The position numbers and the translations under genes are program-made. From the NCBI GenBank assembly GCA_003519445.1, contig DOWS01000046.1:1-62407 (forward strand): DNA of 62,407 bases. The letters run 5' to 3'. Position 1 is the stretch's first letter. The number at the start of each line of letters is the position of its first letter. Below the pieces are notes generated by a model. It saw only the letters and a program-made list of their open reading frames with translations. It was not told where the DNA came from and did not search any database. This document shows positions 15,732 to 26,295 of this stretch, one piece after another. The DNA is from Candidatus Daviesbacteria bacterium (GTDB lineage Bacteria; Patescibacteriota; Microgenomatia; Daviesbacterales; UBA10151).

Positions 15732-18700
15732 AATACTCTGTTTAATTTTTTTTATGTTTATTCTGCCTCAAACAATTTTTGCACAGGGGTCTTCATTTGT
15801 ATCAATTGTTAATCCTGTAAGGGGAGCGGATTTTTGGGATTTAAAAAATCAGGAGCCTTGGATCATGGTTTTGGGCCAAATAGAAACTTTAAAAAAATAC
15901 AATTTTCCTGCAACCTTCCTTCTCCGTTTTGATGCTTTATCAGATGATGTGATTATGCGGGCGCTAAATAAGGACCAGAATTTTGAAAAAGGATTATTTT
16001 TGGAAGTAACCCCGACACTAACAAATGCGGCAGGGGTAAGTTATCACAAATCTGATAATTGGCATGGCGCCGGAAGCGCTTTTTTAACAGGTTATGAGCC
16101 AGGAGATAGAGTAAAACTGATAGACGCTGCTTTTAAAAAATTTAAAAAAATTTTTGGTGATTATCCAAAATCAATAGGGGCATGGTGGGTTGACAGTTAT
16201 TCTTTGGAATATATGCAAAAAGAATACGGCATCAGCGCTTCTTTAATTGTATCTGACCAATACTCAACAGATAATTATCAAATCTGGGGGCAGTATTTTT
16301 CTACGCCGTATTATCCCTCCAAAAAAAATGCTTTGCATCCTGCTCAAACAATTGAAAATAAGATGTCGGTTGTAATGATGCAATGGGCCCCAAGAGACCC
16401 TGTTAATTCTTATGGAAACGGAGTTATGGAGAGTACTTATAGCGTTCAGGCAAATGATTATATTGATTATCACAATTTGGATACAAAGTATTTTACGAAT
16501 CTCTTAAATCTTTACACTAATCAGCCGCTTAATCAATTTAGTCATCTTGTGGTGGGATTGGAGAATTCTTATTCTTGGGAAAAATATAAAGCAGAATACA
16601 GTAATCAAATAGAAGCTTTATCAAAAAAGAAAAATATTGGAGAAGTATCTGTTGTTACCATGAAAGATTTTGCCTCCTGGTATAAAAACAGATTTCCCGG
16701 GCTTTCACTTCCTCAAATCATAGTAGCAGATGATCCTTTGGGATCTTTAAATAAAACAATTTGGTTTATGAACCCGTATTTTAGGGCAGGATGGTTTTTC
16801 AACAAGGATGGTTCCCTGTTTAGGGATATCAGGCAATATATTGACGGGGAACAAGAGCTATGTTTTCAAAGCCGCTGCGACAGCGTTAATTTTGCAACAA
16901 ATGCCACCAGGGTTTTGGATGAGGTAAGCTTCGGGCATAAATGGGTAATTGATGAGGGTAAAATTTCAGATTTTAAAGTTATAAAACAAGGGGATAATTT
17001 TGTTATTAATTATAAAAATGAGGCAGGTAATGCAAGGAAAATAGAATTTTTACCAAGGGATATTAGTATAGACGGGAAAATTTCATCTATTGACGGGGCA
17101 ATACTTGAGGCAACAAAACATCAACTAAACCAAAAAGAGCGGATTGATTTGAAAAAAGGTTGGTTTGAATGGTCTGCTCAAAGCATTGCTGCTAAAATCA
17201 TTAAATTTCTAATATTTATAATAATCGGTTGTTTGGTGCCGGGATTATTAATGATAAAAAAAGTGTTCTCCCAAGAGACACCTTTTTGGAAAAAAATTTC
17301 CCTAGCACTACCTTTAGGGTTTGTCCTGATTACCTTATTATTTTATCTTCTTTCTCTTGTTGATTTTAGACAGGGGATTTTCATTTACTTAATTTTTAAT
17401 CTTTTATTGCTGATAAAATCCAGGAAACAAATTTTTTCTGATTTTTCTTTAAAAATTAAGGATAAATACAGTTTTATTTTAATAGGCTTAATTGGAACAG
17501 GGACTATATTTCAACAACTGCCTGTATTTAAAAGCGGTCTTCATTTTCCCTATGGACTGGGTTTTTGGGGACCAAATACGCATGATGGAATATGGCATAT
17601 CAGTTTAATCAATCAGCTTGTTAAATCTACCCCGCCTGAAAATCCCATTTTTGCCAGAGAAGTTTTAACGAATTACCACTTTTTTTATGACTTATTTGTG
17701 GCTTTAACAAATTATGTATCAGCTATTCCTGTTGCTGATTTGCTGTTTAGATTTTACCCAATTATTTTTTCCCTGCTTTTGGGGATTTTGACTTACTTTT
17801 TGATTAATCTTTTGGTTACTGAAAAAAATCTTTGGAAGAAAAGATTAGCTTGTTTTTTTGGCATTTACCTGGTTTATTTTTCAGGAAGCTTTGGATGGAT
17901 AGTGGAGTTTATAAAGGTTAGGCATTTAGGCGGGGAATCTGCTTTTTGGGCAAATCAATCAATATCATTTAATTTAAATCCTCCATTTGCCATATCACTC
18001 CTTATTGTTATTGCCATACTCCAACTTTTGCCAAATCTTAAAAATAAATTATCCATTTTAATAATAACTATTCTTGCGGGAAGCCTAATTGCTTTTAAGG
18101 CATATCCGGCAATTTTAATTTTATTTTCTCTTGCAATAGTCGGAATCCTTAAAAAAAACAGACAATATATATTGGTATTTCTTTTTAGCGCTTTTTTATC
18201 CCTAATACTATTTCTTTTTAATTTTAGTGTTGATAAACAATTGATAATTTTTTCTCCTTTTTGGTTTATTCATTCCATGGTTGATTCGCCGGATCGGGTG
18301 GGGTGGGTTAGGTTATCTTTGGCAAGGGTGGCTGGATGGGAGAGCGGTAACTGGTTTAAATTTTTAACAGCAGAATTAATTAGTCTGGTGATTTTTATAT
18401 TGGGTAATTTGGGAACAAGGGTCTTTGCCCTACTCTATCTCCGTAAAATGAAACATATTGTGCGACATACAAATTATTTATTTCTATTTGTCTTTTCTCT
18501 CCTTTCATTAATTATTCCTGTTTTCTTTATTCAATCAGGAAATCCCTGGAATACAATCCAGTTTATTTATTACGGATTATATATATCAGCTGTGGCAGGA
18601 GGGATAATTTTTGCCCAAGTCATTAGCAGTATAAATAAAATTTTAGCATTAGTTTTTGCAGTATTATTTTTGCTCATTACTCCGATAAATTCCTGGGCCA

Positions 18701-19137
18701 CTGCTAATGGATATTTAAACTATCAGCCTCATGCTTTGGTAACCAATGAAGAATTAGAGGCGTTAAACTTTTTGAAAACTAAAGAGGACGGAGTGGTTTT
18801 AACTTATCCTTATGATCAAAAATTAAAGACTCAAATGGCCGAACCCTGGCCTATTTTAATATACGACAGCACCTCTTATGTGTCGGCATTGTCCGGTAAA
18901 GTTATCTTTGTTGAAGATGAACCGCAAAATCAAATTCTTTTGACAGATTATAAAAAAAGAATAGTGGCGGCAAAAGATTTTTTTAACGGATCTTTTGACA
19001 TTAATTTTTTATTAAATAACAATATAAAATATATTTACCTGCCAAAAATATATAATGCGTGGATTAAAGAAAACCCGGAGGTTATTAAAAATATATTTGA
19101 AAATGAGGAAGTGGTGATATATGAAGCAAATTTTTAA
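15724..19137 (+). CDS. Fusion protein: exported glycoside-hydrolase/deacetylase-like barrel domain + GT-C-like membrane domain + C-terminal soluble domain
   Basis: Signal peptide; PATFLL, FLEVTP, FLTGY...IDAAFKKFK..FG.YPKSIGAWW. C-terminal half HDGIWHISL..PPENPIF..NYHFF is shared with 21507-23522. Confidence 0.65.
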   Translation: MLKILCLIFFMFILPQTIFAQGSSFVSIVNPVRGADFWDLKNQEPWIMVLGQIETLKKYNFPATFLLRFDALSDDVIMRALNKDQNFEKGLFLEVTPTLTNAAGVSYHKSDNWHGAGSAFLTGYEPGDRVKLIDAAFKKFKKIFGDYPKSIGAWWVDSYSLEYMQKEYGISASLIVSDQYSTDNYQIWGQYFSTPYYPSKKNALHPAQTIENKMSVVMMQWAPRDPVNSYGNGVMESTYSVQANDYIDYHNLDTKYFTNLLNLYTNQPLNQFSHLVVGLENSYSWEKYKAEYSNQIEALSKKKNIGEVSVVTMKDFASWYKNRFPGLSLPQIIVADDPLGSLNKTIWFMNPYFRAGWFFNKDGSLFRDIRQYIDGEQELCFQSRCDSVNFATNATRVLDEVSFGHKWVIDEGKISDFKVIKQGDNFVINYKNEAGNARKIEFLPRDISIDGKISSIDGAILEATKHQLNQKERIDLKKGWFEWSAQSIAAKIIKFLIFIIIGCLVPGLLMIKKVFSQETPFWKKISLALPLGFVLITLLFYLLSLVDFRQGIFIYLIFNLLLLIKSRKQIFSDFSLKIKDKYSFILIGLIGTGTIFQQLPVFKSGLHFPYGLGFWGPNTHDGIWHISLINQLVKSTPPENPIFAREVLTNYHFFYDLFVALTNYVSAIPVADLLFRFYPIIFSLLLGILTYFLINLLVTEKNLWKKRLACFFGIYLVYFSGSFGWIVEFIKVRHLGGESAFWANQSISFNLNPPFAISLLIVIAILQLLPNLKNKLSILIITILAGSLIAFKAYPAILILFSLAIVGILKKNRQYILVFLFSAFLSLILFLFNFSVDKQLIIFSPFWFIHSMVDSPDRVGWVRLSLARVAGWESGNWFKFLTAELISLVIFILGNLGTRVFALLYLRKMKHIVRHTNYLFLFVFSLLSLIIPVFFIQSGNPWNTIQFIYYGLYISAVAGGIIFAQVISSINKILALVFAVLFLLITPINSWATANGYLNYQPHALVTNEELEALNFLKTKEDGVVLTYPYDQKLKTQMAEPWPILIYDSTSYVSALSGKVIFVEDEPQNQILLTDYKKRIVAAKDFFNGSFDINFLLNNNIKYIYLPKIYNAWIKENPEVIKNIFENEEVVIYEANF

Positions 19138-20065
19138 GAACCAATTTTTATTGGCTATTATCGCTTATCTTTTTATTGTTGGAGTTATTACGGCTTTTGT
19201 TTTTGGTTTCCTTCAGAAGATTAAGCTTGCAAATTTAGCAGAACAAGAAAAACTCTCAATTTATCAAAACCTGAAAATTAAAGACCAACAATTTGAGCAG
19301 AGCTTTCAAAAGGTGACTTGTGACGGCAATTTATTTTTTCAAGCAGGGGCTTCTGTAACAGCAATCTATATTAGTCAAAAACATCTTTATTTATCTCAAG
19401 TAGACAATAAGCTAACAGTAATTAACTTAGATGCCCCGGAAAAAATTGTAAGTTTTGCATTGCCTGTTTTAACGGATATTTATTCTGATGGCACTGATAT
19501 TTATGGTACGGATTTCTTTAATGATAAAGTTGTCCGGCTTATTTTTGAAAAAGGAGAAGTTGTTGCCGGAAAGTATTATCCTAAAATTGGCCGGGCCTCG
19601 GCTTTAGCACGGGACGCCAGGGGTTATTTTTATGTTTCCGGTTATGCCTCGGGGAATACCACCAAAATTATCGGTAGAGACGGTTTTCTTTTCCTTTCAG
19701 GATTGGATAAAATTGTTGATTTGGAAGCAAGCGGTAGTAGTTATTTATTGGCGGCCCGCTACGGCAGTAAACCAACGCTTATTAGTATAGATTTAAACGG
19801 CAATAAACAAACTATTCTTGAACAAAACAAAAGTATTTCATCGCTTTTTCTTGACAATGACATCTTCTGGGTGGCATACAATCAGGCCGGCCAGTCCCAA
19901 ATTGGCAAAGTGATTGGAGAAAAACTGGTAAATATACAGGTTTTAGATTGCCCGTTTCCTTTAAAAATCGCTGCTTCGCCGGACAAATTGTTTTATACTT
20001 CGTTAAGCGACAGCGAGGGGAAGGTTTACTGGATTAATAAGAACCTCCAAAGCAGTGGTATATAA
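19121..20065 (+). CDS. Membrane-anchored extracytoplasmic protein, probable beta-propeller
   Basis: One N-terminal TM, then repeated short beta-strand motifs (ALARDARGYFYVS, IAASPDKLFYT). Confidence 0.55.
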   Translation: MKQIFKNQFLLAIIAYLFIVGVITAFVFGFLQKIKLANLAEQEKLSIYQNLKIKDQQFEQSFQKVTCDGNLFFQAGASVTAIYISQKHLYLSQVDNKLTVINLDAPEKIVSFALPVLTDIYSDGTDIYGTDFFNDKVVRLIFEKGEVVAGKYYPKIGRASALARDARGYFYVSGYASGNTTKIIGRDGFLFLSGLDKIVDLEASGSSYLLAARYGSKPTLISIDLNGNKQTILEQNKSISSLFLDNDIFWVAYNQAGQSQIGKVIGEKLVNIQVLDCPFPLKIAASPDKLFYTSLSDSEGKVYWINKNLQSSGI

Positions 20066-21480
20066 GCATTGCTGAAAAATGTCCCAGATCCCAAGGGGAA
20101 AGATTTTGATTCGCTGGCTATTGGAAAAGCCGAATAAATTGCCTGGGTATTTAAGAAAAAGCCCATGATAATTACGCCCACAAGGACTATCTTTGTTAGT
20201 TTCTGAAAAATAGGTTTTTTGAAGAGGAAATAGAGTATTGCAGGAGAGATTAGCGTAGTAATGATAAGGCGGAATTTTACAGGTTCTATTTGAGGTTTGA
20301 ATTCGTTTGAAAGGAAAGACCTGCCGGACAGGAGAAGACCAACGGCTAAAATAGTTGTAATTAGATTTGGTTGTTTGATGATTTCAGAAAGTAAGAGCGC
20401 CGCGGCGATCGAGAGGAAAGGGAACAAAGGATAATGATACCAAAGCAAAGTATCAGTCTGGCCGCCGGAAAAAACAACCACCATTGCCCAAAAAATAAAA
20501 GCCAGAGATATTAATTGAAACCGTTTGTCGTTAAATTTTGCAATGCCCAAGTAAATTGCGGCAAAAAGAGAAAAGATATACCAGCCGTCATAGAAAAAAT
20601 CTATACTGTAACCGGGGCTGCTTAAAAGAAAAGGCAACCCCAAAAAACCAATCGGCCTGTTGCCTTGCTGCAAATTAATTTGGAGAAATAAATTCCAGTC
20701 AACAGCTGCGCCGTAAGCAAAAAGTATTCCAACAAACCAACCAACCCCCAATAAAACAAAAACAGCTTCTTTCCATAATTTATTTTTGATCAAAAGAAAG
20801 ATAATAAAAAAAACAATCAAGAATCCGGTTTGTTTCATTAACCCGGCTAAACCAATGAGAATTGGCATAAATGACAGCAGATACCACTTTTGTTTTTCAA
20901 GATAGAGAATAGTCAAATAAATAACCAAAATATAAAAAAAGGTAATGCCGTTTTCCGCCACAGAGAGCCGTTGACTGAAAACAAAAAGCGGCGCGAGAGA
21001 GTAAATGGTTGTAGATAGCATTGCCATCCAAAAACCAAAGAGCTTTTTGGTTAGCAAAAAGAGAATTATAGTGGTTAAAAAGGCAAAAAATAAGGTAGGC
21101 AAGCGGATATAGGAGGCTGGTAAAATTGACCATTTATTAGCTCCGTAAAGATGAGCCGCGCCTCCTGACAAAAGGCCGTAAAGCGGCGGTAAATCAAGCC
21201 AAGGAGAGAGAATGTCAACGCTTAATTCCGCATTATAATCTTTTATTTTGCCGCTGAAGGCAATATCCTGAACAGGGAATTTACCTGTTGGAGACCAGGT
21301 TCGGGGAATGCCGGTTTCGATTAAATGAATTCCCATCCAGGAATAAGCATATTCTTCAAGATGACCCATTAAGGGATAACGGTCATAATTAACGCTTTTG
21401 ATGGTAAAGAAAAAGGTGAAAGCTACAAAAACAAGTAAACAGCGGAACACTAATGAATTATGCATAGATTTTAGGGTCAT
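20026..21480 (-). CDS. GT-C membrane glycosyltransferase (PMT_2-like), on the opposite strand to the operon
   Basis: HLEEYAYSW, WLDLPPLYG, RLP, QRLSVAEN, LMKQTG; multiple TMs. Confidence 0.75.
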   Translation of the reverse strand: MTLKSMHNSLVFRCLLVFVAFTFFFTIKSVNYDRYPLMGHLEEYAYSWMGIHLIETGIPRTWSPTGKFPVQDIAFSGKIKDYNAELSVDILSPWLDLPPLYGLLSGGAAHLYGANKWSILPASYIRLPTLFFAFLTTIILFLLTKKLFGFWMAMLSTTIYSLAPLFVFSQRLSVAENGITFFYILVIYLTILYLEKQKWYLLSFMPILIGLAGLMKQTGFLIVFFIIFLLIKNKLWKEAVFVLLGVGWFVGILFAYGAAVDWNLFLQINLQQGNRPIGFLGLPFLLSSPGYSIDFFYDGWYIFSLFAAIYLGIAKFNDKRFQLISLAFIFWAMVVVFSGGQTDTLLWYHYPLFPFLSIAAALLLSEIIKQPNLITTILAVGLLLSGRSFLSNEFKPQIEPVKFRLIITTLISPAILYFLFKKPIFQKLTKIVLVGVIIMGFFLNTQAIYSAFPIASESKSFPLGSGTFFSNAYIPLLWRFLLIQ

Positions 21481-21506
21481 TTCTATAGTAAGCTTAAGAC
21501 ATAATT

Positions 21507-23522
21507 ATGTTAATAGCAAACACTTTTCTTTTTGGCATTTTTTTCTTAATTCTTGCGTTGTTTATTTTTTATAACACCGGTTACGGTGTATTATCTTCTA
21601 AAATAAAAGAGCTTGAGGATCAGGAAATAATAGTTTTGGCTTTTTCTTTGGGGCTGGTTATTTTTGTGGGAATTGCTGTTTTTCTGGGGGTTTTTAATTT
21701 AAGATGGCTTCTTTTGCCGGTTTTTCTGGCAACCGGATTTTATAGTTTGATTAAATATAAAGAAAAATTATTTGTTCCATGGAGAATATTTATCCGGTGT
21801 AAGTCCTTACTGTTGTTGATTATTTTAGGTATTTTAGTCCAGGGATTTATCAATTTCCCGAGCGGATTTCACTACTCCGAAGGACTGCTTTTTTGGAGTT
21901 CCCAAGGCCACGACGGATTATGGCATGTGAGTTTAATGGAAGAGATTAGAAAAAATTTTCCTCCGCAAAACCCCATTTTTTCAGGAGAAAAGCTTTTAAA
22001 TTATCATTTTTTGGTTGATGTTTTAATGGGGGAAACATACCGGATTTTCCCGTTTTTTTCTCCGCTGGACCTGTATTTTAGGTTCTTTCCAATAATTTTT
22101 TCTTTCCTTTTCGGCCTTGGAGTTTTCTCATTTGTTAAAAGATGGCAAGAGAGTCAAGCTGTAGGTTACTTGGCAATATTTTTTACATATTTTACAGGCA
22201 GCTTTGGCTATTTTGTAACTTTTTTCAGGAATAAAAATTTATTTGGAGGCGAAACGGTTTTTTGGGCTTCTCAAGAAAATACTTTATTAGGGAATCCCCC
22301 GCATGCCATTGCCCATATTTTTCTGGTTGGAATACTGTTTTGTCTGTTGCTGTATTTTCAAAAAAGGCGGATATTCTGGTTAGTTATTTCATTTATTTTA
22401 GGAGGTTTACTGGCCGGTTTTAAGGTTTCCGGAGGGTTGATTATGCTAGTGAGTGTGGGAGCTGCCGCGATAGTAGACCTGTCTTTTTTAAGGAAATGGC
22501 ATTTAATCCTGCTTACCGTAGCATTGGGGACTGCTAACTTTATAACTTTTAAAGCCATGACTTCACAAGAAGCAGCCTCGTTTTTAATGTTTTTGCCATG
22601 GTGGTTTATAAGAACCATGGTGGTGGATAAGCTGGGTTGGATGGATATGGAATTTAGAAGACAACACTATCTTTCCAAAGGAACATGGCATGCTTATTTA
22701 AGAGTTGCGCAGTTAGAAACAACGGCTTTTCTGATATTTATAGTAGGAAATTTTGGAATGAGAGTATTGGGGTTTTACAGTATTGCAAAAGACGGATTTA
22801 AGAAAAAACTTATCAGGAGTCCTATTGACGCAATGCTTTTTGCGTCGCTTCTTACGGGAATTTTAATGGTGACTATTTTTGTGCAAAAAGGGCTTATCTA
22901 CAACAACATCCAATTTATTCAGTATTCTTTGCTTATCATGGGTTTTTATGCCGCAGTGTCGGCTTACCAGATGATTATTTTGTTTAAAAAAAAGTTAATA
23001 AGGGTGATTATTTTGTTAATGATAGTTTTGTTTTCAGTGCCAACAGTGATAGGAAATTTAAATGAGTTTTACGGGCCCGGCAGGAAACCCCTGGCTATTA
23101 TCAGCAATCAACAGATGGAAGCGTTAAATTTTCTAAGAACAAACAGCCAACCGCAGGATATTATTTTAACAATTCCATTTAATAAATATTTAAAAGATCA
23201 ATATAAGAGCGAACCAAGGCCAATAAATGCCTGGTATTCTACCGCCTATGTTTCTGCTCTTACCGGAAGAAGCACATATTTTACTTCGGAGGAGCAGGCA
23301 TTAATCACAGGTTATCCTGTTGATAAAAAGTTGGCTAGGGTAAAAGAGTTTTTTGCGCAGACGGATTTTTCCTTTAATAAAAAATTCCTGCAAGAAGAAG
23401 GAATAAAATATCTATATATTGCCAAGGATGAGTTGGATAAATTGATAAATGTTCAGGAAAATAATCTGGAAATTATGTTTGAAAATAAAGAAGTAATAGT
23501 ATATAGAATAATAAACGGGTAA
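21507..23522 (+). CDS. GT-C-like membrane protein, paralog of the C-terminal half of 15724-19137
   Basis: HDGLWHVSL..PPQNPIF...NYHFLVD...FRFFP, GSFG, NPP, GNFG.R, N.IQF.Y, EALNFL, YVSALTG. Confidence 0.7.
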   Translation: MLIANTFLFGIFFLILALFIFYNTGYGVLSSKIKELEDQEIIVLAFSLGLVIFVGIAVFLGVFNLRWLLLPVFLATGFYSLIKYKEKLFVPWRIFIRCKSLLLLIILGILVQGFINFPSGFHYSEGLLFWSSQGHDGLWHVSLMEEIRKNFPPQNPIFSGEKLLNYHFLVDVLMGETYRIFPFFSPLDLYFRFFPIIFSFLFGLGVFSFVKRWQESQAVGYLAIFFTYFTGSFGYFVTFFRNKNLFGGETVFWASQENTLLGNPPHAIAHIFLVGILFCLLLYFQKRRIFWLVISFILGGLLAGFKVSGGLIMLVSVGAAAIVDLSFLRKWHLILLTVALGTANFITFKAMTSQEAASFLMFLPWWFIRTMVVDKLGWMDMEFRRQHYLSKGTWHAYLRVAQLETTAFLIFIVGNFGMRVLGFYSIAKDGFKKKLIRSPIDAMLFASLLTGILMVTIFVQKGLIYNNIQFIQYSLLIMGFYAAVSAYQMIILFKKKLIRVIILLMIVLFSVPTVIGNLNEFYGPGRKPLAIISNQQMEALNFLRTNSQPQDIILTIPFNKYLKDQYKSEPRPINAWYSTAYVSALTGRSTYFTSEEQALITGYPVDKKLARVKEFFAQTDFSFNKKFLQEEGIKYLYIAKDELDKLINVQENNLEIMFENKEVIVYRIING

Positions 23523-23527
23523 AATTT

Positions 23528-25129
23528 ATGCAAACTAAAATTATTGTAACAGTTATTTTGATTTTGGGTTTTCTGCTGCGGGTTATAAACATTTCCAACA
23601 ACCCGCTTTCCCTTTATGGCGATGAACTGACAATTGTCCAGGATGCTTATTCTCTCTATAAAACAGGATCCGATCAACTGGGCAACAGGTTTCCTTTAAC
23701 TTTTCAAATGGGTGCCGGCAGACCGGCAGGTTATGTTTATGCATCCATTCCATTTGTTGCGTTCTTTGGTCCAACTGCTCTGGCTGTAAGAATGCTATCA
23801 ATTCTGTCAGGGTTAGGGATTATAGCATTGATTTATCTTTTGGGTAAAAGACTATTTTCGCAAAAAGTAGGTCTTTGCGCAGCATTTATAGCAGCAGTTT
23901 CACCTTGGGATATTGCTTTAAGCAGAGGAGGATTTGAAGCTCATTTTGCTTTGTTTTTGGTACTCTTGGGAACATATTTTTTCATCAAAGCAAAAGAAAA
24001 TACTTTATTTTATTTAATTTCTGCTTTAAGTTTTGGATTAACCTTGCACACTTATCCAACATATAAAATAAGCCTTGTTTTATTTCTGCCGCTTTTGCTT
24101 TGGTATCAAGGCGGCGCAGGTAAAAAGCATTTTTTTGCCGGAATGGTTGTCTTTTTCCTGTTAGGCATTTTAGCTTTTAGTCAAACCTTCATTGGCGGAT
24201 CAGAAGTAAGATTTTCCGCGATCAATGTTTTTTCTCAAGAAAAATTAAAAGAAGAAATCCTGCAAAAGATTAACTTTGAAAGAACTATTAGTTCTTTGCC
24301 TGCAAACCTGGTTCCGTATTTTCACAACAAACCGGTGGAGTATGCAAAAGTTTTGATAGGTAATTATTTACAAAATTTTTCCATGGATTTTTTAATTTTA
24401 CATGGGGATAGAAACCCGAGACACAATATGGCGACCATGGGTGAAATTTATTTCGTGGAAATAATTTTTATTTTTATAGGATTACTAACGCTTTGGCAAA
24501 AAAATAGAAAAATATTTGTTTTTATTGTTTCCTGGTTGGTATTGGCGCCTATTCCTACGGCCATTGTGGATTTGCCGCACGCCTTGAGGAGCTCTTTCAT
24601 GCTGCCTCCGCTGGTGATTATTTCCGCCATTGGGCTGAATTTTTTAATAAATAAAAAAATGCAAATTATTCTTGCGGTTTTATTTTTTGTATTTATAATA
24701 CAGTTTGCATTCTTTATTCAAAAATTATATTTTCTAGCCCCAAGTGAATATAGCAATTTTTGGTCATACTCCGCAAAAGTTGCATCAGGGTTGGCAATGC
24801 AGGGCCAATCAAAATATAAATATATTTTTCTTTCAGATGCAATAGACAGCATTGAATTTGCCTATCCTGTTTATAGTAAAGTTGACCCTGCACAAGTTAT
24901 TCTTCAAAATAAAGATAATATAAAAATAGGCAATTACAAATTTAAGAAATTTGATAATGTTTACATTGGCCATATTCCAAAAGGAGACATCAATCAGTTT
25001 GTTGAAAATTTGGATGGAACGGTTTTATTTATAGGCAATCCCGATTTAAAAGATGCCATAAGAAATTACGAGACTATCCTAGATCAAAAAGGACTGTCGA
25101 TTTTAGCAATTAAAAAAGTATACAAGTGA
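23528..25129 (+). CDS. GT-C glycosyltransferase (PMT_2-like, 'DE..GYNA' paralog group)
   Basis: LYGDEL...AYSL..TG.D..G, SPW..LSRGGFEA, GDRNPRH...MGE, PHALR. Confidence 0.8.
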   Translation: MQTKIIVTVILILGFLLRVINISNNPLSLYGDELTIVQDAYSLYKTGSDQLGNRFPLTFQMGAGRPAGYVYASIPFVAFFGPTALAVRMLSILSGLGIIALIYLLGKRLFSQKVGLCAAFIAAVSPWDIALSRGGFEAHFALFLVLLGTYFFIKAKENTLFYLISALSFGLTLHTYPTYKISLVLFLPLLLWYQGGAGKKHFFAGMVVFFLLGILAFSQTFIGGSEVRFSAINVFSQEKLKEEILQKINFERTISSLPANLVPYFHNKPVEYAKVLIGNYLQNFSMDFLILHGDRNPRHNMATMGEIYFVEIIFIFIGLLTLWQKNRKIFVFIVSWLVLAPIPTAIVDLPHALRSSFMLPPLVIISAIGLNFLINKKMQIILAVLFFVFIIQFAFFIQKLYFLAPSEYSNFWSYSAKVASGLAMQGQSKYKYIFLSDAIDSIEFAYPVYSKVDPAQVILQNKDNIKIGNYKFKKFDNVYIGHIPKGDINQFVENLDGTVLFIGNPDLKDAIRNYETILDQKGLSILAIKKVYK

Positions 25130-26295
25130 GAAAGATTTTTCTTAAAGAGAATATTCTATTTTTAATTATTTATGGATTTAGTCTAATTTTTTCCGCTTTA
25201 TTAATAAGGGCAATTTATCCAATACAGTTACAACTGCAAAAACCAATATTTTTTGACCTTATTGAATTAAATGTAATTATTCCCTATTGGCTAATTTATT
25301 TTGCCGGATCTATAAATATTTTTTTGATTTGGATGATTGCAAAAAGGTTTATTATTGGACATCTAGCTTTAATTCCCGTACTAATTTACTGTTTTTCCCC
25401 CTGGTCATTTTATCTCGTGGTTACAAATTCTTTTTATGTGTATCTCCTGACATTTATCTTAATAATCTTTCAGGGGATTTTATTAATCAAATCAAGAAGA
25501 TTCAGGTGGGGGATGGCGGCTTTTATTTTAGGAAGTATCTTATTTTTGTATAGTTTTGTTTTAGGTATTTTTATTTTTCCAATTCTTATAACAGGGTTAA
25601 GTCTAATTAAATTTGTGAGTTTTAAAAAAATACGGCCCGCGCTTTTCATAATTTCTTTTCTTTGTTTACCGTTACTTATTGCAAATTTCAAAAATCAAGC
25701 CGGAACTGGAAATATTTATAATAATCAGGTAGCTTTATTTAAGGATCCGGGACACATGAATGCTGTCAATGTTTTTCAGGGGGAGTCAAGAAAAGCAGGG
25801 TATAGTTTTATAGTAAAATTAGGAGAGAATAGATATATATATTTTTCAAAATACGCATTTTTTAAAGCCATTAAGCATTTTACGCCATCAACTTATTTTA
25901 CGGGACAGGAGGGTCTCTTAAAATTTTCCTTCAGCCCCCCTGTTTATTTTGGATTTTTAATCCCCTTTTTATATGGTCTATCTTTGATTTTTAAATCCCC
26001 CGCCTTAAGAAATGGTTTAGCAGTTTCGTTTATATTATTAGTACCCTCCTTTGTCTCAAAAACATTGGTAAACTTAAACCGCTTGGTACTTTTCGAGCCG
26101 GTTATTGTTTTTGTGATTAGTTTAGGGATGATAAAAATTATTCAAAACAGGAAAGAGAGAATTTTTAAATTAATGTTGTTTTTAACAATAATTTTAGTTT
26201 CAGTTCAATTATTAGTTACTGTTTTTGATATAAATTTTAGGGAGTATATCAGATATGAACGATACCTTGGTGGAGCCTTGCAGATTGGAGATTAA
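25126..26295 (+). CDS. Shortened GT-C paralog lacking the N-terminal DE loop
   Basis: Retains SPW, the TM core and a C-terminal KHF.P..F segment, but has no DE motif. GTGA/TAATG-coupled on both sides. Confidence 0.55.
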   Translation: MRKIFLKENILFLIIYGFSLIFSALLIRAIYPIQLQLQKPIFFDLIELNVIIPYWLIYFAGSINIFLIWMIAKRFIIGHLALIPVLIYCFSPWSFYLVVTNSFYVYLLTFILIIFQGILLIKSRRFRWGMAAFILGSILFLYSFVLGIFIFPILITGLSLIKFVSFKKIRPALFIISFLCLPLLIANFKNQAGTGNIYNNQVALFKDPGHMNAVNVFQGESRKAGYSFIVKLGENRYIYFSKYAFFKAIKHFTPSTYFTGQEGLLKFSFSPPVYFGFLIPFLYGLSLIFKSPALRNGLAVSFILLVPSFVSKTLVNLNRLVLFEPVIVFVISLGMIKIIQNRKERIFKLMLFLTIILVSVQLLVTVFDINFREYIRYERYLGGALQIGD

